From an uncultured Planctomycetota bacterium (GTDB lineage: Bacteria > Planctomycetota > Planctomycetia > Isosphaerales > Isosphaeraceae): a stretch of DNA of 64,000 nt. Positions 23,901-32,958 of the stretch are shown in pieces. Below the pieces are notes generated by a model. It was given only the letters and a program-made list of their open reading frames with translations. It was not told the origin of the DNA and did not search any database. Position 1 is the stretch's first letter, and each line of letters starts with the position of its first letter. The stretch covers positions 7,539,828-7,603,827 of the forward strand of contig CAVTTN010000002.1 of the NCBI GenBank assembly GCA_963737655.1. Direction: 5' to 3'. A program made the position numbers and the translations under genes.

Positions 23901-24914
23901 TAATCCCAGGGCCGCGGCCGCCGAGGGGATGGCCGAATCGACCGTCCGGCCCACGACGGTCAGGAACCCCTCGCCGCAATCGTGTCGAGGGACATGACTT
24001 GCGGCCAGGGCCATGTCGTCGCACGCGAACTCGCGCAGTTCATCCAGGATCCAGTTGGCCAGGAGCGCGGCCGGGTGGAAGAAGAACACGGCGCCGACGA
24101 GCCTCTGGAACGTGAGCACCCACAGATCCCCTCGACGGACGTGCGCCAGCTCGTGGAGGAGGACCCAGCTCATTTGCTTCGGCGTGAGGTCGTCTTCCAG
24201 GTCGGGCGGGATCACGACGGTGGGCCGGATCAAACCGCCGACGGCCGGGGAGGTGATCCTGGGGCTAACCGCCCAACGGATGCAACCCTTGACGCCAGAA
24301 GCCTTTCGAAGGGCTTCGAGGTCGATCGCGAGGCATTCGGAGGCGTCTTCCAGGGGGATGGCCTCGCGAAGCAGACGGCGGAGCGCGAGGACCGATCTCG
24401 CGAATCGACCGATCAGCAGCGAACAAACGGCCGCCCATCCGATCATGAAGAGGGCCGGCAGTTGGATACCAGGCGCCGGAGTTTGGGCCAGGTCGGGCCG
24501 AGGCGAGGGATCGCCTCCAGGCTCTGCGGGCCGAATGGCCTCGACGGGCACGGCCGTGGCGGCCACGATCGGCTCGGGTTCGGGCACGGCGATCACCACC
24601 GGGTCCTCGGAGGGGAGGACTTCGGGGACGGTCTCGACCGGGGGAGCGGGCCGGCTCCATTTCGAGGCCCGGACCGCGGCCGATCGAATCGAGGCGGACG
24701 TGATCGTGTTCCAGGGGACGGGGATCGGCAGGGCCAGCTTCAGCAACACCAGAAGGAACAGCCCGTACGCGAGTTGCGCCGACATTCTCCGACGCAAAGG
24801 GAGCCAGATCGCCAGGACGACCGCCAGCACGAGCGACGCTTCGACCAGCGATCGCAGGACCAGCGAGGCCCAGACCGCTCCCCACGCGTTGAGCGTCTCG
24901 ACGAGGGCGGTCAT
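20938..24914 (-). CDS. BlaR1-type M56 metallopeptidase fused to about 21 WD40 repeats; frameshift near 22850
   Basis: N-terminal TMs, SPAVGGLIRP, HELAH zinc motif, REFACD; then GH...WD repeats; adding one base at the C4 run 22848-22851 gives FAPGARQLASAGYDGTVRLW and joins ORFs 22761..24914 and 20938..22632. Confidence 0.88.
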
Positions 24915-25333
24915 GGCGCCTCCTCACCCTCCGGCCCTGGCTCCTCGTCCTCGCCCCGGGCGTGCTGGTCCAGGACTTCGCGGAGCTGGGTCAGGTCCTC
25001 GGGAGAAAGTTTGCTCTTCTTCATCATGTAAAGAAGCAGCTTTCCGTCCATGCCTTCCAGGGTGTTATTCAGGAGGGTGTCGGCGGCTCCGGCGACCGAC
25101 TGCCAGGCGGGGCGGGCGGGTTTGTACAGGTAGCTCGTGCCCACGGGCGTGGCGGTGAGGTGCCCCTTGTCCACGAGCCGGCGCAGGAGGGTCTTCGTCG
25201 TGGTCGGGGTCCAGCCGTGGACCCGCCCGGCCTCCTCGTACACGTCCCGGGCGGCGCAGCTCTTGTGCCGCCAGACGATCTTCATGACTTTCCATTCGGC
25301 GGCCGTCAGCGGCCGGGGGGCCTCGCGAGCCAT
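24911..25333 (-). CDS. blaI: BlaI/MecI/CopY family repressor
   Basis: LTAAEWKVMKIVW, WTPTTTKTLLRRLVDKG, LSPEDLTQLREVL; ATGA-coupled to the M56 gene. Confidence 0.93.
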   Translation of the reverse strand: MAREAPRPLTAAEWKVMKIVWRHKSCAARDVYEEAGRVHGWTPTTTKTLLRRLVDKGHLTATPVGTSYLYKPARPAWQSVAGAADTLLNNTLEGMDGKLLLYMMKKSKLSPEDLTQLREVLDQHARGEDEEPGPEGEEAP

Positions 25334-25350
25334 TCTTCGGGCGTCCCGGA

Positions 25351-25421
25351 GTGTGACGAAATCAGTCGGGTGACTACAAATATCGCCGATCGGCCGGAGG
25401 TGTCAACGAAATTCTTCGGAA
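25351..25421 (-). promoter_or_regulatory. blaI promoter with candidate operator (copy B)
   Basis: Reverse complement reads TTCCGAAGAATTTCGTTGACA-N11-TCGGCGATATTTGTAGTCAC, matching 1889-1940; TGTA half-site as in TACAnnTGTA BlaI/CopY boxes. Confidence 0.72.
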
Positions 25422-25496
25422 AACGGCGCGGGGCAGCACGCTTCGGACCAAAGTCCCTGGCTGAAACGAGTTTGCGGCTTGTGGAAAAGCGCCCAA

Positions 25497-26918
25497 TCAG
25501 CCGATCAAGGCCGCGATTGGAGTCCCCGTTGTGACCGAGAACGGACGATCCAGCGGGTCGCGGATCAAGGTCTCGGGCCCGATCCCCATCAAGCCGTAGA
25601 TCGTCGCCGCCACGTCCTGCGGGGTCACCGGATCGCGGGCAGGATAGGCGGCGAATCGGTCGCTCGCACCGAACACGACGCCTCCTGGAACGCCGCCGCC
25701 CGCCAGGAGGATCGAGTAGCAGTGCGGCCAGTGGTCGCGCCCCCCCTTGTCGGCCCCCGCGCTACTTGTGATTTGTCCCACTTTGGGAGTTCGCCCAAAT
25801 TCTCCCATCGCCGCGACCAGGGTTTCTTTCAAGAGGCCGCGCCGGTCGAGGTCTTCGAGGAGGGCCGAGAATCCCCGGTCGAACATGGGCAAGATGGAGC
25901 GTTTGAGCAAGGGGAAATGGTCGCGGTGGGTGTCCCAACTTTGGTCGTAGCGGGCCCCGGTGCAGACCGTCACGACGCGAACCCCGGCCTCGATCAGCCT
26001 GCGGGCCAGGAGGAGACATTGGCCCAGGTGAGGCAGGCCACCGAACTGCCGGGCCTCCTTGGTCCGGGGGTTCCTGGGGTCGAGGCCGTACCGTTCGCGG
26101 ACCTCGTCCGGCTCCTTGGAGAGGTCGAACGCCTTGCGGGCCTCGGGGCTTTCGATGAGCGTAAATGCCTTGCGATAATGGTTTTCCAGCCGATCGACGG
26201 CGGGTCCTGCCGCGTCCAGGGCGTGGTCAATCCGGCCGAGCAAGCCTCGGCGTTCGTCGATCCGTTGAAGGGTCAGGCCCGGCGGCAAGTCGAGCCCGGG
26301 GATTCGGTAATCCGGGCGGCTGGGGTCGCCCGCGAGGAATGGGTCGAACCTGGCTCCGAGGAACCCGCCGTCCTGGCCGGGGAGAAATGCTCCGTTGTTG
26401 CTCATCCAGTCCGGGGCGTGGACGAAGTCGGGAAGGGGGCGGCCCGTCGGCCGGAGCTTGGCGACGACCGAGCCGATCGAGGGGAAATTGTCGGGCGCGG
26501 GGGCGGTGATCAATCGGCCGCTGGCCAGCGGCTCCCGGCCGGTGAAGGCGAAGTAATAGCCGGCGTTGTGGTCGCCGATGGTATGGTGGACCGATCGGAC
26601 GATGGCCAGGTGATGGGCCTGCCTGGCGAGCATCGGCAGGTGCTCGCAGAAGTCCAGGCCGGGGACGGACGTGGCGATCGGCCGGAACTCGCCCCGGACG
26701 TTCTCGGGGGCGTCGGGCTTGAGGTCCCAGAGGTCCTGGTGGGCCGGTCCGCCTTCCAGGGCGAACAGGATCAGCGATTTCGCCTTCGCCCGAACCCCTG
26801 CCGCCTTCAGGACATCGGCCAGGCCGAGGCCGATCAGCGAGGCCGAGCCGACGCGGAGGAACTCGCGACGGGTCGGGCCCTGGCAGAGGCGACGCGCTCC
26901 GGCCGACAGGCTCAGCAT
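25497..26918 (-). CDS. DUF1501 family protein
   Basis: TRREFLRVG, GGPAHQDLWDLKPDAP, GQCLLLARRLIEAGV, GEFGRTP, GRDHWP. Confidence 0.93.
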   Translation of the reverse strand: MLSLSAGARRLCQGPTRREFLRVGSASLIGLGLADVLKAAGVRAKAKSLILFALEGGPAHQDLWDLKPDAPENVRGEFRPIATSVPGLDFCEHLPMLARQAHHLAIVRSVHHTIGDHNAGYYFAFTGREPLASGRLITAPAPDNFPSIGSVVAKLRPTGRPLPDFVHAPDWMSNNGAFLPGQDGGFLGARFDPFLAGDPSRPDYRIPGLDLPPGLTLQRIDERRGLLGRIDHALDAAGPAVDRLENHYRKAFTLIESPEARKAFDLSKEPDEVRERYGLDPRNPRTKEARQFGGLPHLGQCLLLARRLIEAGVRVVTVCTGARYDQSWDTHRDHFPLLKRSILPMFDRGFSALLEDLDRRGLLKETLVAAMGEFGRTPKVGQITSSAGADKGGRDHWPHCYSILLAGGGVPGGVVFGASDRFAAYPARDPVTPQDVAATIYGLMGIGPETLIRDPLDRPFSVTTGTPIAALIG

Positions 26919-26994
26919 GAGGACGACCCCCCGGGACGAGGGAGAGCGGGCAGGGGCCTTCATTATGATCGGCCCGAGGCCCGCCGGGAACCCC

Positions 26995-28251
26995 TCAATC
27001 GTCGCCTTCGAGCCGATGGAGGACCTCTCCGGCGCGATCGACGACGAGGATCCCCTCTTCCTCCCGGTCGCGGTAGGCGGCGAGATCGATCGATTGAGGA
27101 TCGAGATAGCCCAGATTGATCCTCCGGCAGCGGTCCTCCGGGATTGCCGAGGCGAGGATCACATCCACATCGGGAGTCTCGATCCCGTTTTCATACGTAC
27201 CCGACCCCTTGACGTGGGTGGAATGGGCGAGGACGCCCCAGGGAACATGTTGAAACTTATCGAATTGCTCGGTGAAATACGGCAACACGTGATAGCCGAT
27301 CTCCTCGATCCACCGGCCGTGGGTCCGGGAGACCTCGGCCAGGTGGGGGGCGACGATGATCAGCCGGCCGCCCTTCGCGACGATGGGTTCGAGCTTGTAC
27401 ATGCATTTGCCCGCCGTCCAGAGCTCGGGGTACATCGGCGGGCAGATCGACAGGACGGTGTGGAACGGGCGGGGCATGCGCCTCACGTTCACCGAGGCCG
27501 AGATGCGGGCGGCGCGGTCGTAGGCGTCCTCCGGTCGGCCGAATTCGAGGCCGTGGAGGCCGGACTTGCTGACCACGAACGAGAGACAATGCTTGGAAAC
27601 GTCGATCATGGCGGCGCAGTGGTCCACGATCCCGCGGACCGGCGTGTAATGCGTGCCGATCACCCTGCGGTTGGTGATCAGCGCGCCCAGCCAGTGGAAG
27701 ACCGCGATGATCTCCGGCCCCGCGACGCCCGGGAAGAAGTACTTGTTCCCGCCCGAGAAGCCGACGACCTCGTGGGGGAACGTCGGGCCAACGATGACAA
27801 CTTCATCATATTCGCAGATCATTTTGTTGATCTTCACCTCGATCCGTTCGGCCAGGAGGCCGCCGGAGAGGTCGGCGAGGGTCTCGGGGTCGATCGTGCC
27901 GATGGTCCGGAGCTGGGACGGGTCGTCCCATGCGTGGTTGAAGAATTGCGTCTTCGGCAATTCGCTCGCGTGGATCGCCGCATCGATCCCCAGATGTGCA
28001 TAGATTTGTTCCATCGGCATCGGGCGATGGGTGCCGAGCGCGATGAGGACGTCGAGCGAGCGGACGGCGGGGCCGAAGACCTCGCCGAGGGTGCGGACCA
28101 TCAGGCCGATGGGGCCGGAGCGGGTGTCGTCGGGGACGATCAGGAGGACTCGCTTGCCGATCAGGTCGAGCGAATCGGCGGCCCGCTCGACGATCTCGCG
28201 GACGTCGGAGGCGTCGAGGAGCTTCGGAGGGGCGTCGAGGATCGCGGTCAT
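26995..28251 (-). CDS. LarA-superfamily (nickel-pincer) 2-hydroxyacid racemase/epimerase
   Basis: VPDDTRS, IALGTHRPM, FNHAWDD, PHEVVGFSGGNKYFFPG, IAVFHW, LWTAGK. Confidence 0.88.
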   Translation of the reverse strand: MTAILDAPPKLLDASDVREIVERAADSLDLIGKRVLLIVPDDTRSGPIGLMVRTLGEVFGPAVRSLDVLIALGTHRPMPMEQIYAHLGIDAAIHASELPKTQFFNHAWDDPSQLRTIGTIDPETLADLSGGLLAERIEVKINKMICEYDEVVIVGPTFPHEVVGFSGGNKYFFPGVAGPEIIAVFHWLGALITNRRVIGTHYTPVRGIVDHCAAMIDVSKHCLSFVVSKSGLHGLEFGRPEDAYDRAARISASVNVRRMPRPFHTVLSICPPMYPELWTAGKCMYKLEPIVAKGGRLIIVAPHLAEVSRTHGRWIEEIGYHVLPYFTEQFDKFQHVPWGVLAHSTHVKGSGTYENGIETPDVDVILASAIPEDRCRRINLGYLDPQSIDLAAYRDREEEGILVVDRAGEVLHRLEGDD

Positions 28252-29132
28252 GATCGGGGTTCCGGGCTCTCGATGAGGTCGAACGGGAGGCCGTAGAACG
28301 CGGCGGCCGTCCCCCCGAAGATCCGTTCGGTTTCGCCTCCGCCCAGGGGTCCGAGCGCGCCGACGGCCGCCTCGAAGACGTCTTCATACGACGCCGCGAG
28401 CTCGCAGACGGGCCAGTCCGAGCCGAACATCAACCGATTCGGGCCGAAGCATTCCAGGGCGGTCTGCACATAAGGGCGCAGGTCCTGGACGGTCCATTCC
28501 GCCCAGTCCGCCTCGGTGACCATCCCCGAGATCTTGCACCAGACGTTCGGGAAGCTGGACGCGAGGCGGAAGCCCGGGAGCCAGTCGTCGAGGGCGTGCT
28601 CGCGAATCCTCGGCTTGGCCAGGTGGTCGATGACCATGGGCAGTTCCGGCAGCGCCCTCGCCAGCGTCGGGACGTGCCGGAGGTGCTTGACATGCAGGAG
28701 GAGGTCGAAGGGGACGCGATGGCGTTCCAGGATCTTCAGGCCTCGAAGGACGTCGGGCCGGACGATCCAATCGTCGTCGGGCTCGTCCTGGACGACGTGG
28801 CGGACCCCGACGAACTTCGGATGATCCCGGAATTCGAGCAATTGCTCCTCGCACGACGGCGACGCCAGGTCGACCCAGCCGACGACCCCGGCGATCCAGT
28901 CGTGCGCCTCGGCCAGGCCGAGCACCCAGCGGTTTTCCTCGACGTTGTGCTGGGTCTGGACGAACACCGTCCGATCGACCCCGACGAGCTTGATCTCCGG
29001 TTCGAGGTCTCCGGGCAGGAAATCGCGGCGGATCGGCGCATGGGGCGGGGCGTCGAGCCACCGGTAATCGAACGGGCGGGCCAACTGCCAGAAGTGCTGG
29101 TGGGCGTCGATCACGGGTCGATGCGTGGGCAT
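28248..29132 (-). CDS. Amidohydrolase-fold sugar lactonase (L-fucono/L-galactono-lactonase family)
   Basis: IDAHQHFW, GVVGWVDL, GVRHVVQDEPD, VIDHLAKP, CKISGMVTEA, MFGSDWPVC. Confidence 0.9.
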   Translation of the reverse strand: MPTHRPVIDAHQHFWQLARPFDYRWLDAPPHAPIRRDFLPGDLEPEIKLVGVDRTVFVQTQHNVEENRWVLGLAEAHDWIAGVVGWVDLASPSCEEQLLEFRDHPKFVGVRHVVQDEPDDDWIVRPDVLRGLKILERHRVPFDLLLHVKHLRHVPTLARALPELPMVIDHLAKPRIREHALDDWLPGFRLASSFPNVWCKISGMVTEADWAEWTVQDLRPYVQTALECFGPNRLMFGSDWPVCELAASYEDVFEAAVGALGPLGGGETERIFGGTAAAFYGLPFDLIESPEPRS

Positions 29133-29138
29133 GTCGAT

Positions 29139-29585
29139 TCAATCCATCCGGACGCCGAGGGTGAGCATCACGTTGGCGAAGCGCTGCTGGTCGGCGGTCT
29201 GGATCGTCAGGACGTGGTCGGGGGTGGCCACGGCGTCGTAGAAGGCCCATTTTTCGATCGGTTCGAGCGACAGGTCAAGCCCCGACTGGCGGATGGTCCG
29301 GCGGTATTCGTCCCAGACCTCGGGGTCCTCGTCGAGGGCATACGGGCCGGTGGTCTCATACATCATCGTATGAACGGCCTCGATCGGGACCGCCGAGAGC
29401 AGGGCCTCCAGGACCTGGGTGCACGAGACGACGCCCGGCATCAGGTTCAGGCTCACGACCTCGGCATTCGGGCCCTTCTTGGACGACGCCGGGTAGTTGC
29501 CGTCGGCGATCAGGATCTTGGCGTGATGCCCCGCCCGGCCGACGATGGCGTTGATCTCGGGATGGATCAGTCGATGCTTGAGCAT
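29139..29585 (-). CDS. RbsD/FucU family mutarotase
   Basis: MLKHRLIHPEI, AGHHAKILIADGNYP, FYDAV, IQTADQQRFANVML; ATG at 29585 (the upstream ORF extension runs into a repeat). Confidence 0.88.
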   Translation of the reverse strand: MLKHRLIHPEINAIVGRAGHHAKILIADGNYPASSKKGPNAEVVSLNLMPGVVSCTQVLEALLSAVPIEAVHTMMYETTGPYALDEDPEVWDEYRRTIRQSGLDLSLEPIEKWAFYDAVATPDHVLTIQTADQQRFANVMLTLGVRMD

Positions 29586-29604
29586 TCGGGGTTTCTCCGG
29601 GAGC

Positions 29605-29862
29605 GGACTAACCGCCAAGACGCCAGGAACGCCAAGGGAAGAGGGGAGGAAAGTTTGAAGAGAATCGGGAGAGTTTGGATGAGGGTAAGCTTGAAGACTT
29701 GTAAAGTTTAAATTATTAAAATAATAATGATAACACAATGTGATAGAATATTGATATTTGTGCAGGAATTCGCTTCATTCACGTACTCTTATGTTCTTCA
29801 CTCATCCCCTCGCTCCTCCTTTCGCTTCCCCTTGGCGTTCCTGGCGTCTTGGCGGTTAGTCC
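29605..29862. repeat. Perfect 34-bp inverted repeat enclosing a ~190-bp AT-rich core
   Basis: GGACTAACCGCCAAGACGCCAGGAACGCCAAGGG at 29605-29638 and its exact reverse complement at 29829-29862. Confidence 0.9.
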
Positions 29863-30686
29863 TCCCTCCCGGCAAAAAGCGAGCGAAACGAGGAGATGGT
29901 CTGGAGGGCGGCGGAGTCGGAGTCGGGCCGGGGGAGGGCCTCGGCGGAGGCGAAGCCGTCGAAGTGGATGTCGCGGAGGGCCTGGGCGATCGGCTCGAAA
30001 TCGAGGTGGCCGAAGCCGGCCGCCTGGCGGTTCGAATCGACGAAGTGGACGTGGCCGACGTGCCGGCCGCCGAGGCGGAGCGCCCCGGCGATATCGACTT
30101 CCTCGATGTTCATGTGGAACAGGTCGTTCAGGAGTTTCACGTTCCCGGATGAGAGACGTTCCAGGAGCGTCACGCCGTCGGCCACGAGGTTGATCAGGTC
30201 GGTTTCGTAACGATTCAGGGGCTCGTAGAGCAGGGGGACGGCGAAGCGCGAGGCGTGTTCGCCGAGCGTGTCGAGCGCGTCCTTGAGGAAGCCGAGCGCC
30301 GACGCGCGATCGAGGCCGTCGCCCGATCGGCCCTGCATCGAGCCGATGATCGCCGGCGCGCCGAACGGGCCTCCCAGGTCGATGATCGACTTGACGAAGT
30401 CGAGGGCCCCGGCCCGGATCGAGGCGTCGGGGCTGGTCAAGGTCAGGCGATGCTTGACCCAGCCGGCACCGGTGCCGACGGCGGCCAGCCCCAGGCCGAG
30501 GTCATTCAGGAGCCGGCCCAGGTCGTTCGCGTCCACGTCCGAGGCCGACGGCGGGAAGACCTCGACGGCGTCGAACCCGAGCGCCCTGGCCTTCTCGCAG
30601 CCGGCTTCGAGGCCGTCCCAGAACACGAACGGGCCGCCCCGGGCCTCGGGGACGAGGCTGATCGTCACGCAAGATCGGATCGGCAT
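29856..30686 (-). CDS. TIM-barrel sugar isomerase/epimerase, IolO (5-keto-L-gluconate epimerase)-like
   Basis: AVGTG, IIGSMQG, EPLNRYETDLIN, DLFHMNIEE, HVHFVDSNR, GHLDF. Confidence 0.8.
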   Translation of the reverse strand: MPIRSCVTISLVPEARGGPFVFWDGLEAGCEKARALGFDAVEVFPPSASDVDANDLGRLLNDLGLGLAAVGTGAGWVKHRLTLTSPDASIRAGALDFVKSIIDLGGPFGAPAIIGSMQGRSGDGLDRASALGFLKDALDTLGEHASRFAVPLLYEPLNRYETDLINLVADGVTLLERLSSGNVKLLNDLFHMNIEEVDIAGALRLGGRHVGHVHFVDSNRQAAGFGHLDFEPIAQALRDIHFDGFASAEALPRPDSDSAALQTISSFRSLFAGRED

Positions 30687-30719
30687 GGGCGGATTGGTCC
30701 CCTTCGGATCGAGGCCGGC

Positions 30720-31502
30720 TCAGAACCGCATCGCGGTGAAGCCGCCGTCCACGTAGTAGGTGGCGCCGGTCATGAAGCTCCCGGCCGTTCTGGAGAGCAA
30801 CAACAGGGTGGCGCCGACGAGTTCGTGGGGCTCGCCGAACCGGGCCATCGGCGTGTTCTTCATGATGTTTTCGACCCGGGCGGCGTCGAGGATCTTGCGG
30901 TTCTGCTCGGCCGGGAAGAAGCCGGGGCAGAGGGCGTTGACCCTCACGTTCGACGGGGCGAGCTCGCGGGCCACGTTCTGGGTGAGGTTCACCACGGCCG
31001 CCTTCGAGGCCGAATAGGCGAAGACGCGAGACAGCGGCAGGTGGGCCGAGACGCTCGCCACGTTCAGGATTGCGCCTCCGCCGTGGTCGGCCATGAACCG
31101 CCCGAAGACCTGGCAGCCCCAGTGGACGGCGGTCAGGTTGCTCTGGATCACGCGGTCCCAGTCCTCGTCCTTCGCCTCGAAATAGGGGCTGGCGCTGTTC
31201 ACTCCGGCGCCGTTGATGAGCATGTCCGCGCGTCCGAACGTGTCGATCGTGGTTTGCAGCAGTCGTTCGATCGAGGCCCGTTGCGTGACGTCCACGGCGC
31301 CGAAAGCCGCCTTGCCGCCGCCGCTTTCGATGCTCCAAACGCGTTCGGCCCCCTTCTCGGGGCTGCGACCGGCGACGACCACGGTCGCTCCGGCCAGGGC
31401 CAATCCTTCGGCCAGGGCACCGCAGAGGACCCCGGTCCCGCCGATCACGACGGCGACCTGTCCTTCGAGTCCGAACAGGCGATCCAGGTAGCCGGCCGTC
31501 AT
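30720..31502 (-). CDS. SDR oxidoreductase, D-mannonate oxidoreductase/fructuronate reductase-like
   Basis: GGTGVLCG, INGAG, PLSRVFAYSASK (YxxxK), PGFFPAEQNR; adjacent to uxaE. Confidence 0.8.
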   Translation of the reverse strand: MTAGYLDRLFGLEGQVAVVIGGTGVLCGALAEGLALAGATVVVAGRSPEKGAERVWSIESGGGKAAFGAVDVTQRASIERLLQTTIDTFGRADMLINGAGVNSASPYFEAKDEDWDRVIQSNLTAVHWGCQVFGRFMADHGGGAILNVASVSAHLPLSRVFAYSASKAAVVNLTQNVARELAPSNVRVNALCPGFFPAEQNRKILDAARVENIMKNTPMARFGEPHELVGATLLLLSRTAGSFMTGATYYVDGGFTAMRF

Positions 31503-31527
31503 CGGTTAGAGTTCTCCTTCGATCGGA

Positions 31528-32817
31528 TCAAAGCCCCTGGCGGAGCGCGTCCAGGTGGCGGGCGAAGTGGTCGGCGAGGACCTCGGTATACGTGGCGGGG
31601 TTCGCTTCGAGGACGCCCCGGACGGCGGGCCCGAGGGTCGGGTCGGTCAGGACCGAGCCGAACGTGCAGTGGAGGATCTGGCGGCCGGGGGCGGTGAAGC
31701 CCTTGCCCTCGGGCACGTCTTCCCATTTTTCGAGATAATGCCGTTCCAGCTCCGCGATAGTCTCCACGGACGCCTCCGGAGGGGCCGATTTCAGGGTCGC
31801 CGAGACGTGATACGTGGCCTTGTCCCGGTCGTATCGAGAGCGGGCGAAGTCGACGATTCGGCGGAACAAGGGCTCGTCGTGCCGGGCGACCACGCGGAGG
31901 GCTTCGAGGTAGCTCGTCCCGGCCGTCTTCACGTGGAATCGGCCCTTCGTGGCCCGAGCCAACGCCGGGTACATTGAGAGCTTGTCCGAGCCGGAATGCA
32001 GGCTCAGCTTGTAGGGGCCGAGGATCTCGGCGATGGCGGCGTGATCGTTCAACGAGCGTTCGAGGGCCGCCACATCGCCCTTGTAATCGACGCCCTTCTC
32101 GAAGTCGCCGACGTAGCGAGGGGCGAGGCTCACGAGCTTCATCCCCCGGCCCAGGCACTGGTCGGCGATGATGTAATGCTCGCCCAGGGTCGTCGGCTGC
32201 TCGGTCTCATCCACGCTGAGCTCGATCTCGTAGTCGCGCCCGCATTGCTGATGGACGTTCTCGATATGCTCGGCCAGCGAGAGCGCGTGGTTCAGGGCCC
32301 GGCCGTACTTCACGGCCGCCCGGAGGCAGGCGTCCTCGTCGAGGGCGATGGTCGTCCCGGTCGGCAGGGTGATCGACTCGCCCTTGTAGCGGTCGATCCA
32401 GTCGACTTCCTCGGCGATCTCGGCGAATCGACGGCGGAGCGTGTCGCGATCGTAACCGTCGGCGTGGGCATCGACGTGGTCCGACGGGTCGATCGTGAAG
32501 AACGTGAACCCGACGGCGGCGGTTGCATCCACGTCGGCGGGCGTCTTCAGGTGATCGGCGTCCGCGCCGGTCGGCCCGGTCCATCCGGCGAGCTTCATCC
32601 AGCAAATCGCGTCGTCCATGACCTTCGCCGGAGAGCGTCCGGTCCGGGCCATTTCTCGGATCGATTGCTGGGGGAAAATCGGGTCGATCCCGCCTCCCGA
32701 CCGCCTCATGGCCTCGACGTGCCCCGGAGTGGCCAGGCCGATCCGGTCGCCGAAGCCGAAGCTGGGGTTCAGGCCGAGCGTGGAGCAGGGGGACGGGCCG
32801 GAAGGGGATTCGGGCAT
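31528..32817 (-). CDS. uxaE: Tagaturonate/fructuronate epimerase
   Basis: SFGFGDRIGLATPGH, QQSIREMART, ADADHLK, TIDPSDHV, ELSVDET, GDFEKGVDY, KLSLHSGSDK, HVKTAGTSYLEALR. Confidence 0.93.
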   Translation of the reverse strand: MPESPSGPSPCSTLGLNPSFGFGDRIGLATPGHVEAMRRSGGGIDPIFPQQSIREMARTGRSPAKVMDDAICWMKLAGWTGPTGADADHLKTPADVDATAAVGFTFFTIDPSDHVDAHADGYDRDTLRRRFAEIAEEVDWIDRYKGESITLPTGTTIALDEDACLRAAVKYGRALNHALSLAEHIENVHQQCGRDYEIELSVDETEQPTTLGEHYIIADQCLGRGMKLVSLAPRYVGDFEKGVDYKGDVAALERSLNDHAAIAEILGPYKLSLHSGSDKLSMYPALARATKGRFHVKTAGTSYLEALRVVARHDEPLFRRIVDFARSRYDRDKATYHVSATLKSAPPEASVETIAELERHYLEKWEDVPEGKGFTAPGRQILHCTFGSVLTDPTLGPAVRGVLEANPATYTEVLADHFARHLDALRQGL

Positions 32818-32836
32818 GAGACTGGTGCTCCACTCA

Positions 32837-32893
32837 GTAGGGCAGGCCTCGGCCTGCCGACCCGCGAAGACGGCAGGCCGAGGCCTGCCCTAC
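32837..32893. repeat. GTAG-family REP doublet (23-bp inverted pair)
   Basis: GTAGGGCAGGCCTCGGCCTGCCG at 32837-32859 and exact reverse complement at 32871-32893; each unit has an internal 8-bp hairpin. Confidence 0.85.
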
Positions 32894-32958
32894 GATGGAC
32901 CGTCCTGCGGCGCCGGGACGTGAACCGCGGAAAGTCTTCCGATTTCCATGTCGTCCTG

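Noticed and set aside
6577..24914. Calling the frameshifted genes pseudogenes
   Set aside because: Each has a single indel, both halves are intact and there are no extra stops, unlike the truly decayed arylsulfatase
20938..25333. Beta-lactam resistance locus
   Set aside because: No beta-lactamase or penicillin-binding domain; the sensor region is WD40
29586..29738. N-terminal extension of the RbsD/FucU ORF (likewise 35103..35258 and 1813..1974)
   Set aside because: The extensions translate repeat or promoter DNA; family similarity and RBS support the downstream starts
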